This document shows, one piece after another, positions 49,977 through 60,218 of a stretch of DNA of 64,000 nucleotides. The DNA is taken from assembly GCA_963836235.1 (NCBI GenBank), contig CAWIIP010000002.1, positions 1,216,001 through 1,280,000 of the forward strand. Direction: 5' to 3'. The position numbers were made by a program, and so were the translations under genes. Origin of the DNA: an uncultured Pseudomonadota bacterium. Its GTDB lineage: Bacteria; Oederibacteriota; Muellerivitia; Muellerivitales; Muellerivitaceae. The notes under the pieces are model-generated. The model saw only the letters and a list, made by a program, of their open reading frames with translations. It made no database searches and had not been told where the DNA came from. Numbering within the stretch: the stretch's first letter is position 1; every line of letters starts with the position of its first letter.

Positions 49977-50780
49977 ATGGATACCGATCCGAATAACCAT
50001 TTAATGCCGGTCGGCTTCGTGGGCCATGGCGCGCCCACTCTCGGTTTGGATAAAAAGGGTCCCGCTATCGAAGCTTGGAAAGTTTGGGGAAAATCTATTC
50101 CAAAACCCAAGGCGATTTTGATGGTCTCCGCTCATTGGCTGGAGCGCCCGGTGCATATCGGTCCCACGAGTAAAGCCGGACTCATTTACGATTTTTATGG
50201 TTTCCCGGACGCCTTGTACCAGGTGAAGTATTCCGCTCCTCCCGCCCCCGATCTGGGAAAAACAGTTTTTTCCCTGCTCTCCCAAGCCGGGTTAAAACCC
50301 ATTGAAAGCCCAAGCCGTGGCCTGGATCATGGTGCCTGGGTGCCCCTGGTCCATATGTTTCCGGACGCTGATATCCCCGTCCTTCAGGTTTCCATCGGAA
50401 CCCGTGTCCCCATGGCCGAGCACATCGCCTTAGGCAAAACCTTGGCTCCCTTACGGTCAGAAGGGGTATTCATACTGGGAAGCGGGAACATCACCCACAA
50501 TTTAAGAATCCTGAATTTTGCCGACCGATATGGGGATCCGGAAGGTTGGGCGGTGGAATTCGATGGTTGGGCTAAGGAAAAATTAGAGACTTTCGATTTA
50601 GGAGCTTTGTCCCGTTACGCGACCGAAGCCCCTTCCGCTCGAACGGCCCACCCTACGGATGACCATTACACACCTTTGCTGGTGGCGGCCGCGGCCGCGG
50701 GAAAAGATCCCGAGGTTACTTTTCCCCATGCCGGTTTCGAATATGGCACCCTGTCCATGCGCTGCGTGGAATTCCAGTGA
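49977..50780 (+). CDS. DODA-type extradiol dioxygenase (YgiD/LigB-like)
   Basis: HGAP, SAHW, GLDHGAW, GSGNITHNL, AHPTDDH. Confidence 0.92.
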   Translation: MDTDPNNHLMPVGFVGHGAPTLGLDKKGPAIEAWKVWGKSIPKPKAILMVSAHWLERPVHIGPTSKAGLIYDFYGFPDALYQVKYSAPPAPDLGKTVFSLLSQAGLKPIESPSRGLDHGAWVPLVHMFPDADIPVLQVSIGTRVPMAEHIALGKTLAPLRSEGVFILGSGNITHNLRILNFADRYGDPEGWAVEFDGWAKEKLETFDLGALSRYATEAPSARTAHPTDDHYTPLLVAAAAAGKDPEVTFPHAGFEYGTLSMRCVEFQ

Positions 50781-50942
50781 CATTTTTAAAGTCTCGGAAG
50801 TTATAAATCCTTATTTTCTGACGGTTTAACTCTTTAAACAGACGGCTCATTTAGCCGTAGACTATCGTCAAAAGAAGGTTGGGAACCGCCGCAATTTGCG
50901 GTAAAATTCTGGTCGACTATCATTCGTTTGGAGGATTTTTTC

Positions 50943-51359
50943 GTGAAAAAAAGCATTTTCTTTTTAGTCTTATCCTTAACCCTGATGTCCTTGTCCCTGG
51001 GTTGCGGTTTATTCAGCCCCCAGTCTTCCAAGGTAACCATTGAGGTCAGCAATACTTACATTCCCACCAGCGGACAAACCGGTTGCGTTCTTTACGCGAA
51101 CGTGGATGGTGGAAACACAGTGGTCGTGGGCAACGGATCGGTTTATACCTTCCCTTTAGTTGATCCTGGATCACACACGGTTAATTTAAATACCGAAGGC
51201 AGCGCCGGATGCGGCACGGTTTGCACCATTGGCTCCAGCACCAACGGTAACGCCAATTACGCGGATACTTTCCAAACCAACTCAGGCAATCTCTATGTGG
51301 TTAAAATCGCCTCTGGTAGCCCCAACGCCTGTTCTGACTTAGTGGTGACCGGGCCCTAA
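50943..51359 (+). CDS. Hypothetical lipoprotein
   Basis: GGAGG then GTG; SLGC lipobox. Confidence 0.75.
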   Translation: MKKSIFFLVLSLTLMSLSLGCGLFSPQSSKVTIEVSNTYIPTSGQTGCVLYANVDGGNTVVVGNGSVYTFPLVDPGSHTVNLNTEGSAGCGTVCTIGSSTNGNANYADTFQTNSGNLYVVKIASGSPNACSDLVVTGP

Positions 51360-51405
51360 TTAGAGGTTTCTTTTCCCTGTTCGACTTTCAACCGATTCAG
51401 AATGA

Positions 51406-51440
51406 AAAAGGGGCGGTTCAGGGTGCCGCCCCCTCTCTCT
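51406..51440. terminator. Probable terminator between convergent genes
   Basis: AAAAGGGGCGG-TTCAGGGTG-CCGCCCCT. Confidence 0.6.
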
Positions 51441-51532
51441 CCTAAAAATAAAGAAATGATTTTAACCGTTATCCGGTTCACGATCCCGGAACTAAAAAAC
51501 GCTCAAAAACGAAAAGGGTTTCCAATGCCTTT

Positions 51533-53125
51533 TTAATGAGCATCACCCGGTTTGGCCATCCTCACGGGTTTTTTCATGAAGAAAATGGGGATACCCGCCA
51601 GGGCAAAACCGATTACCATCACCCAACCCATCTGGTCGAAAGCCATGACGAAAGCCTGCTTCTTCACCCGAAAATAAGCTTCCTTAATGACAAGGGTATC
51701 GGGGTTATACATCCCAACCTCGTTGGAGAACTGGTAGGCCAGCCCCTTGGCACCCTGCGCCCATTGGCTGAAACCCATGCTCAAGGGGCTGATGTATTGG
51801 CGCAAGTGGTCGTAGGCCGTATCCGTGGACTTGTTGAACATGGTGGAGAGAATGGCGATTCCCAAACTGCCCCCCAATTGCCGCGACAGGTTCAACATGC
51901 CCGCGGCTTGGCCCAGCGCCGGGCCGCTGAACCCGCCCAAGACCATGGCGTTGACGGGAATGAAAACCGCCGCCATGCCCAAACCGCGAATCAAGAGAGG
52001 CCAAAAGAGGGTCCAATAGGTGGCTTGGGGCGAGAAGTGGGCGAGCATGAACAGGGCAGAGTCCACGCAACAGATGCCACAGAACATGAAAAGGCGCGGG
52101 TCGTGCTTCTGCAGCTGGCTTCCGATAATGGGCATCATCACTCCAGCCGCGATGGCGCCGGGGGTGAAAAGATTTCCCGTCTGGCTGGCGTCCATGTTCA
52201 GGATGTTGGAGGCGAAAATGGGAATGAAGAAAATAAGCCCATAGAGCATTCCCCCCACGCAGGCCATCATGATGGTTCCGTTGACGAGGGCCACGCTCTT
52301 GTAAAGCCTTAGGTCCATGATGGGATGTTTCGTTCTCAGTTCCCACCAGACGAAGGCCGGGATGCAGAGGGCGGCCACGATGGAGAAGGCTAACACGAGT
52401 TTGTTGGAAAACCAGTCATCCGCCTGGCCTCTTTCCAGCACATATTGCAGGCATCCGACGCCCACGATGAGGAAAGTCAGCCCAAGGCTGTCTACCGGCG
52501 CGGTTCTCGTGGCATGCCGGGCCGCGGCGTGTTCCCCGTCTTCCGCGTAGTCCGTCACGTAAAGGGAAGCGAGGAAAGCGGCCAGAATGCCCACGGGCAG
52601 GTTGATGTTGAAAATCATGCGCCAGCCGAAATGGTCGGTCAGGTATCCCCCCAAAGGAGGGCCAATGGTGGGGCCGATGATGACCACCATGCCGTAAAGA
52701 GCGCTGCCGATGCCGGAGCGCTTGCCGGGAAAGACTTCCTGGATCAGGGCCTGGGAGGTAGGCAAAAGCGCACCGCCCGCCGCGCCCTGGATCACGCGGA
52801 AAAGCACCAGGGTCCAGAGGTTGGGGGCCAGGCCGCAGGCCACCGAGGTGAGGATAAACAAGAGGATGCAGGTGATGTAATATTTGCGACGCCCGAAGCG
52901 GGTGGCCAGCCAACCTGAAATGGGCAGGATAATGGCGTTGGAAATGATATAGCCGGTTACCACCCAACCGATCTCGTCCAAGGTGGCGCCCAGGTTTCCC
53001 ATCATGGTGGGAATGGCCACGTTCACGATGGAGGTGTCCACGATCTCCAGCAGGGACGCGATACCGGCGGTAATAACGACCATCAAGGCCGCCCGGGAGA
53101 TTCCTTTTTCTTGTTGCTCGACCAT
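51533..53125 (-). CDS. emrB: DHA2 MFS efflux permease
   Basis: DTSIVNVAIP, WVVTGY, RFGRRK, GPTIGPPLGG. Confidence 0.92.
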   Translation of the reverse strand: MVEQQEKGISRAALMVVITAGIASLLEIVDTSIVNVAIPTMMGNLGATLDEIGWVVTGYIISNAIILPISGWLATRFGRRKYYITCILLFILTSVACGLAPNLWTLVLFRVIQGAAGGALLPTSQALIQEVFPGKRSGIGSALYGMVVIIGPTIGPPLGGYLTDHFGWRMIFNINLPVGILAAFLASLYVTDYAEDGEHAAARHATRTAPVDSLGLTFLIVGVGCLQYVLERGQADDWFSNKLVLAFSIVAALCIPAFVWWELRTKHPIMDLRLYKSVALVNGTIMMACVGGMLYGLIFFIPIFASNILNMDASQTGNLFTPGAIAAGVMMPIIGSQLQKHDPRLFMFCGICCVDSALFMLAHFSPQATYWTLFWPLLIRGLGMAAVFIPVNAMVLGGFSGPALGQAAGMLNLSRQLGGSLGIAILSTMFNKSTDTAYDHLRQYISPLSMGFSQWAQGAKGLAYQFSNEVGMYNPDTLVIKEAYFRVKKQAFVMAFDQMGWVMVIGFALAGIPIFFMKKPVRMAKPGDAH

Positions 53126-53149
53126 AAAAACCCCTTAAAACCCACTTCC

Positions 53150-53224
53150 AACGCGAATACCCCAAGAAAATTGCTTTTGTTTATCCGGCTTTCGCCTTAC
53201 TTCGCGTCTTGGCGTCTTCGGGTT
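53150..53224. repeat. Degenerate inverted repeat, variant of the GxxExxY-type repeat
   Basis: Arm 53200-53224 reads AACCCGAAGACGCCAAGACGCGAAG on the minus strand; partial partner AACGCGAATACCCCAAG at 53150. Confidence 0.5.
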
Positions 53225-53242
53225 AGATTTTGGTGCAATCCG

Positions 53243-54124
53243 TTAGTGTATTTTGATCTCAACGACGGCCGACAGACCCGCCGCCAGGCGGTCGATATCA
53301 TCGGTTGAAAGATTGTTGAGGCTGATCTTCACCGGCACGCGTTGGACCACCTTGGTAAAGTTGCCCGTGGAATTGTCCGGGGGCAGAAGCGTAAAGGTCG
53401 AACCCGTGGCGGAACCGATGCTGTCCACAACCCCGTCGAAGCTCTTACCCGAAACCGCGTCCACGTCCACGCTCACCTTTTGGCCCGGCTTGATGCGGGC
53501 AATCTGGGTTTCCTTGAAATTAGCCGTCACCCAACGTTCTTGGGAGGAAACGAAGCCGAAAAGAGCCTGGCCCGGGGGAACTACCATTCCCGGTTCAACC
53601 GATTTCTTGGCGATGGTGCCGTCCTCGGGAGCCGTGATCAGGGTGTAGGTCAGGTTGATCTTCGCCTGGTCCGCCTTGGCTTGGTCCGCCTTGAGGTGCG
53701 AGGCCAAGTTATGGTAACGGGCCACGGCGGCGTCCAACTGCTGTTTGGGAACGGCCTCTTCCTGGTAAAGCTTCGTGATGCGCTGGAGGTCTTGGGCGGC
53801 CTGCTCCAGGTCCGCCTGCACCGAAGCCTGGTCGGCCACAACCTGGCTATAGGCCGTGGAATAGTCCTGGTCGTCCAATTGGGCCAAAAGCTGTCCGGCC
53901 TTCACCTTGTCGTTCTCCTTGACCATCACCTTTTCCACCGTGCCACCGATGCGCGGCGCCAGCATAAGGGCATGGGCCTGGATATAGGCGTCATCGGTCC
54001 CCTCGTAGCGATAGTTCTTCACGATGAAGTAGGCGGCGATCAGGGCCGCCACGGCGCCGATGATCGGCAATATCGGCTTTTTCTTTCCTTCTTCCGCCGG
54101 GGCGTTAGGTGTCGTCTTAGTCAT
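53243..54124 (-). CDS. emrA: HlyD/EmrA membrane fusion protein
   Basis: TDDAY, ANFKETQ, NSTGNFTKVVQRVPV. Confidence 0.93.
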   Translation of the reverse strand: MTKTTPNAPAEEGKKKPILPIIGAVAALIAAYFIVKNYRYEGTDDAYIQAHALMLAPRIGGTVEKVMVKENDKVKAGQLLAQLDDQDYSTAYSQVVADQASVQADLEQAAQDLQRITKLYQEEAVPKQQLDAAVARYHNLASHLKADQAKADQAKINLTYTLITAPEDGTIAKKSVEPGMVVPPGQALFGFVSSQERWVTANFKETQIARIKPGQKVSVDVDAVSGKSFDGVVDSIGSATGSTFTLLPPDNSTGNFTKVVQRVPVKISLNNLSTDDIDRLAAGLSAVVEIKIH

Positions 54125-55481
54125 GGGTCAACCTCTTTCCTGTCACAAATTCCAAGTTAATGAGCGCCTCCAGGGCATTCAGCTGGGATTCCACCAGCCC
54201 CGCTGAGGCGCGGTACTCGTCAAACTCGGCGGTCAAAACATCGTTGGTGGTACGGGTTCCCGCCTTGAACCCCAAGGTGGCTAGCCTCGCGTTTTCCTTG
54301 GCCGTATCCACGTTCGTCAATTTGGCTTTATAGAGAGCCAGGCTGGAAACCAGCCGCCTTTTCCAAAGGTCAAAATCATAAGGCGTCTGGAGCTGAGCCT
54401 CTTCGTAATCGTCTTTCGCCTGCTTGGCCTTTTCATCCGCCTCGTTGGCCTTGGCCACCGAAAGCCCACCATCCAACAGGTCCCAAGTGGCGGCGGCACC
54501 GATGAAATAACTGTTTTGATAGATTCCCGTATTCGTAAGGGAAAAAGGGGCCAAGACGACACTCTGGCTGTCATACCACTGGTATTCGCCGACAAGGGAA
54601 ACCTTGGGAAACCAGAAACTATGGGAAGCCGCGCTTTGGTCTCCGGCGGCTAAAGCTTCGAGTTCTTTCGTCTTTAATTCTGGACTATCCTTAAAATCCG
54701 CCTCTGAGGCGATTTTCATGAGTTCGTTTTCATCTAGTGCTGGAAGCTGGCCCGAGAGAGGACGGTCGTCCCTTTTTAATCCCATGACCTGGGTTAGGCT
54801 TTCCCTCGCCAAGGAAAGGTTGTCATGCGCGGTAATTTGGTCCGATTGGGCCTCAGACAATTCCACTTGCACCTGGAGGACGTCGTATTTAGTGGCTTGA
54901 CCGTTATCTAGCTGGTCTTGGACGATGCGCAGGTGGTCTTGCAGGGTTTTCACATTTTGGTCCGCCATATCGGAAAGAAGTTGGGAAGCTTGGGATTCGT
55001 AAAACTTGAGGCGGACCGTTTCCTGCAGTTGAAGCAGGGCAAAATCCGATTGAACGCGGGCGGCCTCATGGCTGTTATTGGCGGCGTCCAGTTTATGGAT
55101 ATTCCGGAACCCGTCAAAAAGGTCGAAACTGGCGTCCAAGGATAAGGTGGTTTCCGGGAAATTTTCCGGAAAGTTGATGGGAGAACCGCCAAAATTCACT
55201 TCTTCACTTCCAAATTTAATAGTATTACCCCTAAAAAAATCCTCACCCTTGGCCGAAACATGCGGCACGAACCCGTCGGAGATGGCTTCCAATTGGCCCC
55301 AGCCGGTTTCCCGCTCGGCATCCTGCGCCTTGCGATAAACGGGCGAATGCTCCAAGGCTTCCTTTTGCGCGGCTTCCAGGGTGAGACTACTTGAAACAAC
55401 CGGAGAAGCCCCATCCTGAGCTCGGGTCAACCCGATCGCCGAAAAAAACAACGCCATTGAAATCAAAAAGGAATACTTCAT
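54117..55481 (-). CDS. TolC family outer-membrane efflux protein
   Basis: Signal peptide; LFDGF, FKAGTRTTNDVL; operon context. Confidence 0.9.
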   Translation of the reverse strand: MKYSFLISMALFFSAIGLTRAQDGASPVVSSSLTLEAAQKEALEHSPVYRKAQDAERETGWGQLEAISDGFVPHVSAKGEDFFRGNTIKFGSEEVNFGGSPINFPENFPETTLSLDASFDLFDGFRNIHKLDAANNSHEAARVQSDFALLQLQETVRLKFYESQASQLLSDMADQNVKTLQDHLRIVQDQLDNGQATKYDVLQVQVELSEAQSDQITAHDNLSLARESLTQVMGLKRDDRPLSGQLPALDENELMKIASEADFKDSPELKTKELEALAAGDQSAASHSFWFPKVSLVGEYQWYDSQSVVLAPFSLTNTGIYQNSYFIGAAATWDLLDGGLSVAKANEADEKAKQAKDDYEEAQLQTPYDFDLWKRRLVSSLALYKAKLTNVDTAKENARLATLGFKAGTRTTNDVLTAEFDEYRASAGLVESQLNALEALINLEFVTGKRLTHD

Positions 55482-55485
55482 GAGA

Positions 55486-55983
55486 TTATTTCTCCTTAGT
55501 CGCTTCTTCATGATGATGGGACAACACCAAGTGTTTCAATATCCGGCTTAATTCCTTCTGATCTTTCGCTGGGAGGAAGGATAGGAACTTGCGTTCCGCC
55601 GCCAAGCCCAGTTGCATGGCCCTGGGAAGCGTTTCCTTTCCTTTGGCTGTCAGGTAAATGGCGTGGGCCCGCCGGTCCGTCGGATGGGCCCTGCGCTCCA
55701 CCAATCCCAATTTTTCCAGGTCATCAATGACCGCCACCATCGTGGTCCGGTCCACGTGCATGCATTTGCCGATTTCCTGCTGGGGCAAGGAACCCTTCTC
55801 CCGGATCGTCAGCATAATGCCCAGGTGCTTTCCCGTCAGGCCATGCGGCGCGAGGGCTTCTTCGGTGACCTCCCGGAATTTTTGGGCGGCGCGGTTAAGG
55901 AGAAACCCCATTCGGTCGAGTACCGCTTCCGGGATTTCGTGCCCCGCAGGGAGGGATTGTTTTAATTTCAAGATGGGCGTCAT
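55486..55983 (-). CDS. MarR family regulator
   Basis: VDRTTMVAVIDDLEKLGLVER...DRRA...LTAKG. Confidence 0.93.
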   Translation of the reverse strand: MTPILKLKQSLPAGHEIPEAVLDRMGFLLNRAAQKFREVTEEALAPHGLTGKHLGIMLTIREKGSLPQQEIGKCMHVDRTTMVAVIDDLEKLGLVERRAHPTDRRAHAIYLTAKGKETLPRAMQLGLAAERKFLSFLPAKDQKELSRILKHLVLSHHHEEATKEK

Positions 55984-56005
55984 AAAACCTCTCAAGTTCA
56001 ACTTG

Positions 56006-56044
56006 CTGATCATCAGTAATACTGATTATCAGTATCTATGTCAA
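56006..56044 (-). promoter_or_regulatory. Sigma70 promoter overlapped by tandem palindromic MarR operators
   Basis: Minus-strand TTGACA at 56044-56039; palindromes CTGAT-C-ATCAG and ATACTGAT-T-ATCAGTAT. Confidence 0.75.
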
Positions 56045-56129
56045 TACCCCCTAAAAATTTAACCGATAGGAAATCCGAACCTGGAAACGATTGTCGTTCC
56101 CAAAGTCCGGACCCTTGTTTTGACTTTAA

Positions 56130-56444
56130 TTAGTTTTTTACAGGTGGCGCCGGCGCGGCTTGAGGCGCTGAAGTTGTGGGAGCACCGTAATAGCCAGGAT
56201 ACCCGCCGCAATAAGGCCGGTGCCAAAGGTGGCAGAGGCCAAAAATCACCAGGCCCACGATCAAAATCTTGAAAATTCCACCGCTACAACGATGGCTGTG
56301 GCATCCATAACCCTGCCAGCCCCCGCCCCATCGTCCCATGCCCCGCATGCCGCCGAAGTTTTCCTTGAAAAACTCTTTCCGGGTTTCCATGCGCAACTTC
56401 TCTTCCGCGACAATTCGTTCCTTATCTTGTTCGTTAAGTTCCAT
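56130..56444 (-). CDS. Small membrane protein with Gly/Trp/His/Cys-rich segment
   Basis: AGGAG RBS; one TM; divergent from the two-component pair. Confidence 0.7.
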   Translation of the reverse strand: MELNEQDKERIVAEEKLRMETRKEFFKENFGGMRGMGRWGGGWQGYGCHSHRCSGGIFKILIVGLVIFGLCHLWHRPYCGGYPGYYGAPTTSAPQAAPAPPVKN

Positions 56445-56542
56445 CTTGTTTCTCCTTGAGTTTCGATTGGAAGGCCTAAGCTTTCCATGGATGATTTATA
56501 GGACTTGCCCCGGTAAAAAGCTTTTCAGCGGTGTTTCGCTTT

Positions 56543-56557
56543 GTAACAAAGTGTAAC
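56543..56557. promoter_or_regulatory. OmpR/CpxR-type direct-repeat box
   Basis: GTAAC-N5-GTAAC upstream of the response regulator. Confidence 0.6.
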
Positions 56558-56609
56558 GTTCGAGCCCGGGACAGAGTGCGCGTGTTACAATTCAAAACAG
56601 GACAAAACA

Positions 56610-57320
56610 ATGACCCCCAAAAAACAGATCCTTATCATCGACGACGACCAGAAGCTCAATGACCTGTTGAAAAGCTACCTGGTGAAGTTCGAGATGAACG
56701 TGACTTCCACCACCCATCCCAACGAGGGCCTGGACCTGCTTAAAAAGCGCGGCCCCGACCTGGTCATCCTGGACGTGATGCTTCCGGGCAAGGACGGTTT
56801 CGCGGTCTGCAAGGAAATCCGAAAATCCTCCAAGGTTCCCATCATCATGCTCACCGCCCGGGGGGACGTCACCGACCGGGTGGTGGGGTTGGAGATCGGC
56901 GCCGACGACTACCTGCCCAAACCCTTCGAGCCGCGCGAACTGGTGGCCCGCATCCAAACCGTGTTGCGCCGCCTGGCGCCGCCCCCGGCGCCAGGCGCGG
57001 GCCTGTTGAAATCGGACGGCCTGACGGCGGATTTAGGGAAACGGGCGGCGGCCCTCAAGCGAAAGGACCTGGGCCTGACCACGACCGAATTCGAGATCCT
57101 GGCTTTCTTCATGAAGAACCCCGGAATCGTATTGAACCGCGACCGGATCATGGAGTATTTGAAAGGCATCGAATGCGAGGCCTTCAACCGTTCCATCGAC
57201 ATCGCCGTCAGCCGCTTGCGCAAAAAGCTCAAGGACCCGGCGGATAAGCCGAAGTTCTTCAAAACCGTCTGGGGCGAGGGTTATTTGTTCGTCGGCAAGG
57301 TGATGGCTCATGGAACCTAA
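56610..57320 (+). CDS. OmpR family response regulator
   Basis: IIDDD, LDVMLP, GADDYLPKPF, wHTH RSIDIAVSRLR. Confidence 0.96.
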   Translation: MTPKKQILIIDDDQKLNDLLKSYLVKFEMNVTSTTHPNEGLDLLKKRGPDLVILDVMLPGKDGFAVCKEIRKSSKVPIIMLTARGDVTDRVVGLEIGADDYLPKPFEPRELVARIQTVLRRLAPPPAPGAGLLKSDGLTADLGKRAAALKRKDLGLTTTEFEILAFFMKNPGIVLNRDRIMEYLKGIECEAFNRSIDIAVSRLRKKLKDPADKPKFFKTVWGEGYLFVGKVMAHGT

Positions 57321-58356
57321 AGACCCTAAATGGTGTCCCAATCCCTATTGGAAGGGAGGCCGGGGATCCTGGAAATGGCAAGGGGTCCGTCCACCCCGCC
57401 ATTGGTTCTTTATGCGGATTTTCTTCCTCTTGTTCTGGGTCTGCGTCATATGGATCGCCATATCCCTTTTTTCCAGCGGAAGTTTTTCTCTTCGGCGTGT
57501 CCCCCATTACCTGGGTTGGACTTTATTGGTCATGGCGCCTTGCTTTTTCATGCTAAAGCGGATGTTCCGTCCGCTGCGCATGCTCTTGAAGGGCGTTAAG
57601 GAGGTTTCCGAGGGCAAGCTGGATTTTCAATTCGAGGCCAAGGGGCGCCACGGCGAAATCCATTACCTGGCCGAGAGCTTCAACCTGATGGTGCAACGCA
57701 TCCGAGAAATGGTGCAGTCCAAGGACCAGCTGCTCTTGGATGTCAGCCACGAGCTGCGAAGCCCGCTCACCCGCCTCAAGGTCGCCCTGGAAATGACGCC
57801 CAAAGGAAAGATGAAGGATTCCATGCTGCGGGACGTCTCGGAAATGGAAACCATGATCACCGAGATCCTGGAGACCGAGCGCCTCAAAAACGGCAACGGA
57901 AAATTGGCCTTGGGACCGGTGGATCTGGCCGCCTTGGCCCGGGAAACCCAGGCCAAATTCAAATCCCGCAAGCCGGGGGTGAGGATGTTGGGAAAACAAA
58001 AGGCGCTGGTTGTCCAGGCCGACGAAGCCCGGGTCAAAACGGTTTTGGGAAACATCCTGGAGAACGCCCTCAAATATTCGGCGGGCCGCAAGAAGCCGGT
58101 GGAGATCCATCTCTCCCAGGATGAAAAGGAAGCGACCCTGGCCGTGCGGGATTTCGGCCAAGGTATTCCCCTGGAAGACCAGGAAAAAGTCTTCGAGCCT
58201 TTTTACCGGGTGGATAAATCCCGCACCAAGGATACGGGCGGTTATGGACTGGGCTTGAGCCTCTGTCGCGAGATCATGCTCGCCCACGGTGGGGATATCC
58301 GACTGGAAAGTGAACCCGGCCAGGGAACGAAAGTGACCCTTTATTTCCCCCTTTAA
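57310..58356 (+). CDS. HAMP sensor histidine kinase
   Basis: DVSHELRSPL, NILENALKY, DFGQGI, GYGLGL. Confidence 0.96.
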   Translation: MEPKDPKWCPNPYWKGGRGSWKWQGVRPPRHWFFMRIFFLLFWVCVIWIAISLFSSGSFSLRRVPHYLGWTLLVMAPCFFMLKRMFRPLRMLLKGVKEVSEGKLDFQFEAKGRHGEIHYLAESFNLMVQRIREMVQSKDQLLLDVSHELRSPLTRLKVALEMTPKGKMKDSMLRDVSEMETMITEILETERLKNGNGKLALGPVDLAALARETQAKFKSRKPGVRMLGKQKALVVQADEARVKTVLGNILENALKYSAGRKKPVEIHLSQDEKEATLAVRDFGQGIPLEDQEKVFEPFYRVDKSRTKDTGGYGLGLSLCREIMLAHGGDIRLESEPGQGTKVTLYFPL

Positions 58357-58421
58357 CCGTCGCGGCCCAAAGTCCCACGAAAAGGCTTGACCATCCCGAG
58401 GGTGGCGTTTAGTCTTTTCCC

Positions 58422-60137
58422 ATGAATAAAGCGATCGCGTTCCTTAAGGCGCAGTTAGCTTCTATTAAAACCCCTTCCTTCCTCCGATTCCTCGTTCATG
58501 TCAAACACCTTAAACCCGAACCGCTCCCCTGGTTCACCCGGGGGGACTTGGACGGCTTTTTCGGTCTTTTCATCGATAATCTGCTTCAACTAATGCTGAT
58601 CGGTTATCTTTGCAAGGTTTTATGCGGTTTTCCCGCCGATTTCATCACCGGTCAGGTCCTTCCGGGGGCCGCCTTTTCCATCCTTTTGGGAAACCTCTTT
58701 TACGCCTGGCAGGCCCGCCAACTCGCCTTAAAAACCGGCCGCAACGACGTAACCGCCTTGCCTTTCGGCATCAACACGCCCAGCTTGATAGCCTTTATTG
58801 TCCTGATCATGGCTCCCGTCTTCCGGGATACGGGTAACTTCAAGCTGGCCTGGCAGGCCGGTCTCTTCGCCTGTTTCCTGAACGGGCTGATGGAAATCGG
58901 CGGCGCCTACGTGGGAGACTGGCTGAGGAATCACACCCCCCGGGCGGCCTTGCTTTGCGCCCTGGCGGGGATCGCCATCACCTTCATCGCCATGGATTTC
59001 ATTTTCCAAATCTTCGCCAACCCCCTGATCGGCGTCTTCCCGACTTTCCTGATTCTCCTGTCCTACGCATCCCGGCTGAAATGGCCCTTGTCGCTTCCCG
59101 GGGGGTTCCTCGCGGTTTTAATCGGAACTCTTCTTTATTGGATTTTCCACGCCATCAATCCCGCTTTAGCTTCTTCCAACATGTCCACCGACCCCATTAG
59201 CTGGTCCCTTTACCTTCCCAAACCGGTTCCCCTTGACCTCTTCGCCCTTCTCTTTAATGCCACCGGCTGGAAATATCTGGCCGTTATTTTTCCCATGGGG
59301 CTATTCAACGTCGTCGGGTCCCTGCAAAACCTGGAAAGCGCCGAGGCAGGCGGGGACCGCTTCCCCACCAAGCCATCTTTATTGTGGAACGGCATCGCCA
59401 CCATCCTGGCGGGCTTCTTGGGCAGTCCATTCCCCACCACCATCTATATCGGCCACCCGGGCTGGAAGGCCATGGGCGCCCGGCACGGTTACTCCATCTT
59501 GAACGGGTCGCTCATCACCCTGGTCTGCCTCACCGGGGGAGTCGGTTTATTCCTGAGAATCGTCCCCAGGGAATGCATTTTCGGGATCCTGCTTTGGATC
59601 GCCATCATCATCACGGCCCAAGCCTTCATGGAAATACCCAAGGAACATTCATTGGCGGTGGCATTCGGATTGATTCCGGCTTTCGCCGCCTATTGCTTCT
59701 ATTTAATCGACACGACCCTGCGGGTTACGGGAACCCCCTTAACCGTCGCGATGGCGGACAAGCTCACCGGGGAAAACCTGTTTATCCGGGGGATTATTGT
59801 TCTCAACCAAGGATCCCTGCTGATCTCGATGATCTTCGCCGCCATTATGGTTTTCCTCATTGATCGAAAATTCGACAAGGCCGCCTGGTGGATCTTCGCG
59901 GCCGCCGGCTTTTCTTTTATCGGGCTCATCCATGCCTACCGTTTGACGGACACGGGGGTCCAAAATGGTTTCGGAAACGCCGCCAACCCGAAGATCGGCC
60001 TGATGTATGTTCTGGTGGGGGTTATCTTTCTCTTGCTGCATTTCCAACAAAAATCCAACGCCAAACCCCTTCGCCGAAAAAAGAAAGCTAAGGTCGAAGA
60101 ACCTCCCCCCCAAAAAAGCAAGGTCAGTTATCTTTAA
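58422..60137 (+). CDS. NCS2-family permease
   Basis: GDLDGFFGLFIDN, TALPFGINTP, PTTIYIGHPGWK. Confidence 0.85.
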   Translation: MNKAIAFLKAQLASIKTPSFLRFLVHVKHLKPEPLPWFTRGDLDGFFGLFIDNLLQLMLIGYLCKVLCGFPADFITGQVLPGAAFSILLGNLFYAWQARQLALKTGRNDVTALPFGINTPSLIAFIVLIMAPVFRDTGNFKLAWQAGLFACFLNGLMEIGGAYVGDWLRNHTPRAALLCALAGIAITFIAMDFIFQIFANPLIGVFPTFLILLSYASRLKWPLSLPGGFLAVLIGTLLYWIFHAINPALASSNMSTDPISWSLYLPKPVPLDLFALLFNATGWKYLAVIFPMGLFNVVGSLQNLESAEAGGDRFPTKPSLLWNGIATILAGFLGSPFPTTIYIGHPGWKAMGARHGYSILNGSLITLVCLTGGVGLFLRIVPRECIFGILLWIAIIITAQAFMEIPKEHSLAVAFGLIPAFAAYCFYLIDTTLRVTGTPLTVAMADKLTGENLFIRGIIVLNQGSLLISMIFAAIMVFLIDRKFDKAAWWIFAAAGFSFIGLIHAYRLTDTGVQNGFGNAANPKIGLMYVLVGVIFLLLHFQQKSNAKPLRRKKKAKVEEPPPQKSKVSYL

Positions 60138-60218
60138 CGGTCTGTCGGCGGGGTCCTGAAAAATATATTCAGCGCCAGTTAAAAACCGCTTTCCGGCCCG
60201 ATAAACGAGGTTCCCTTT

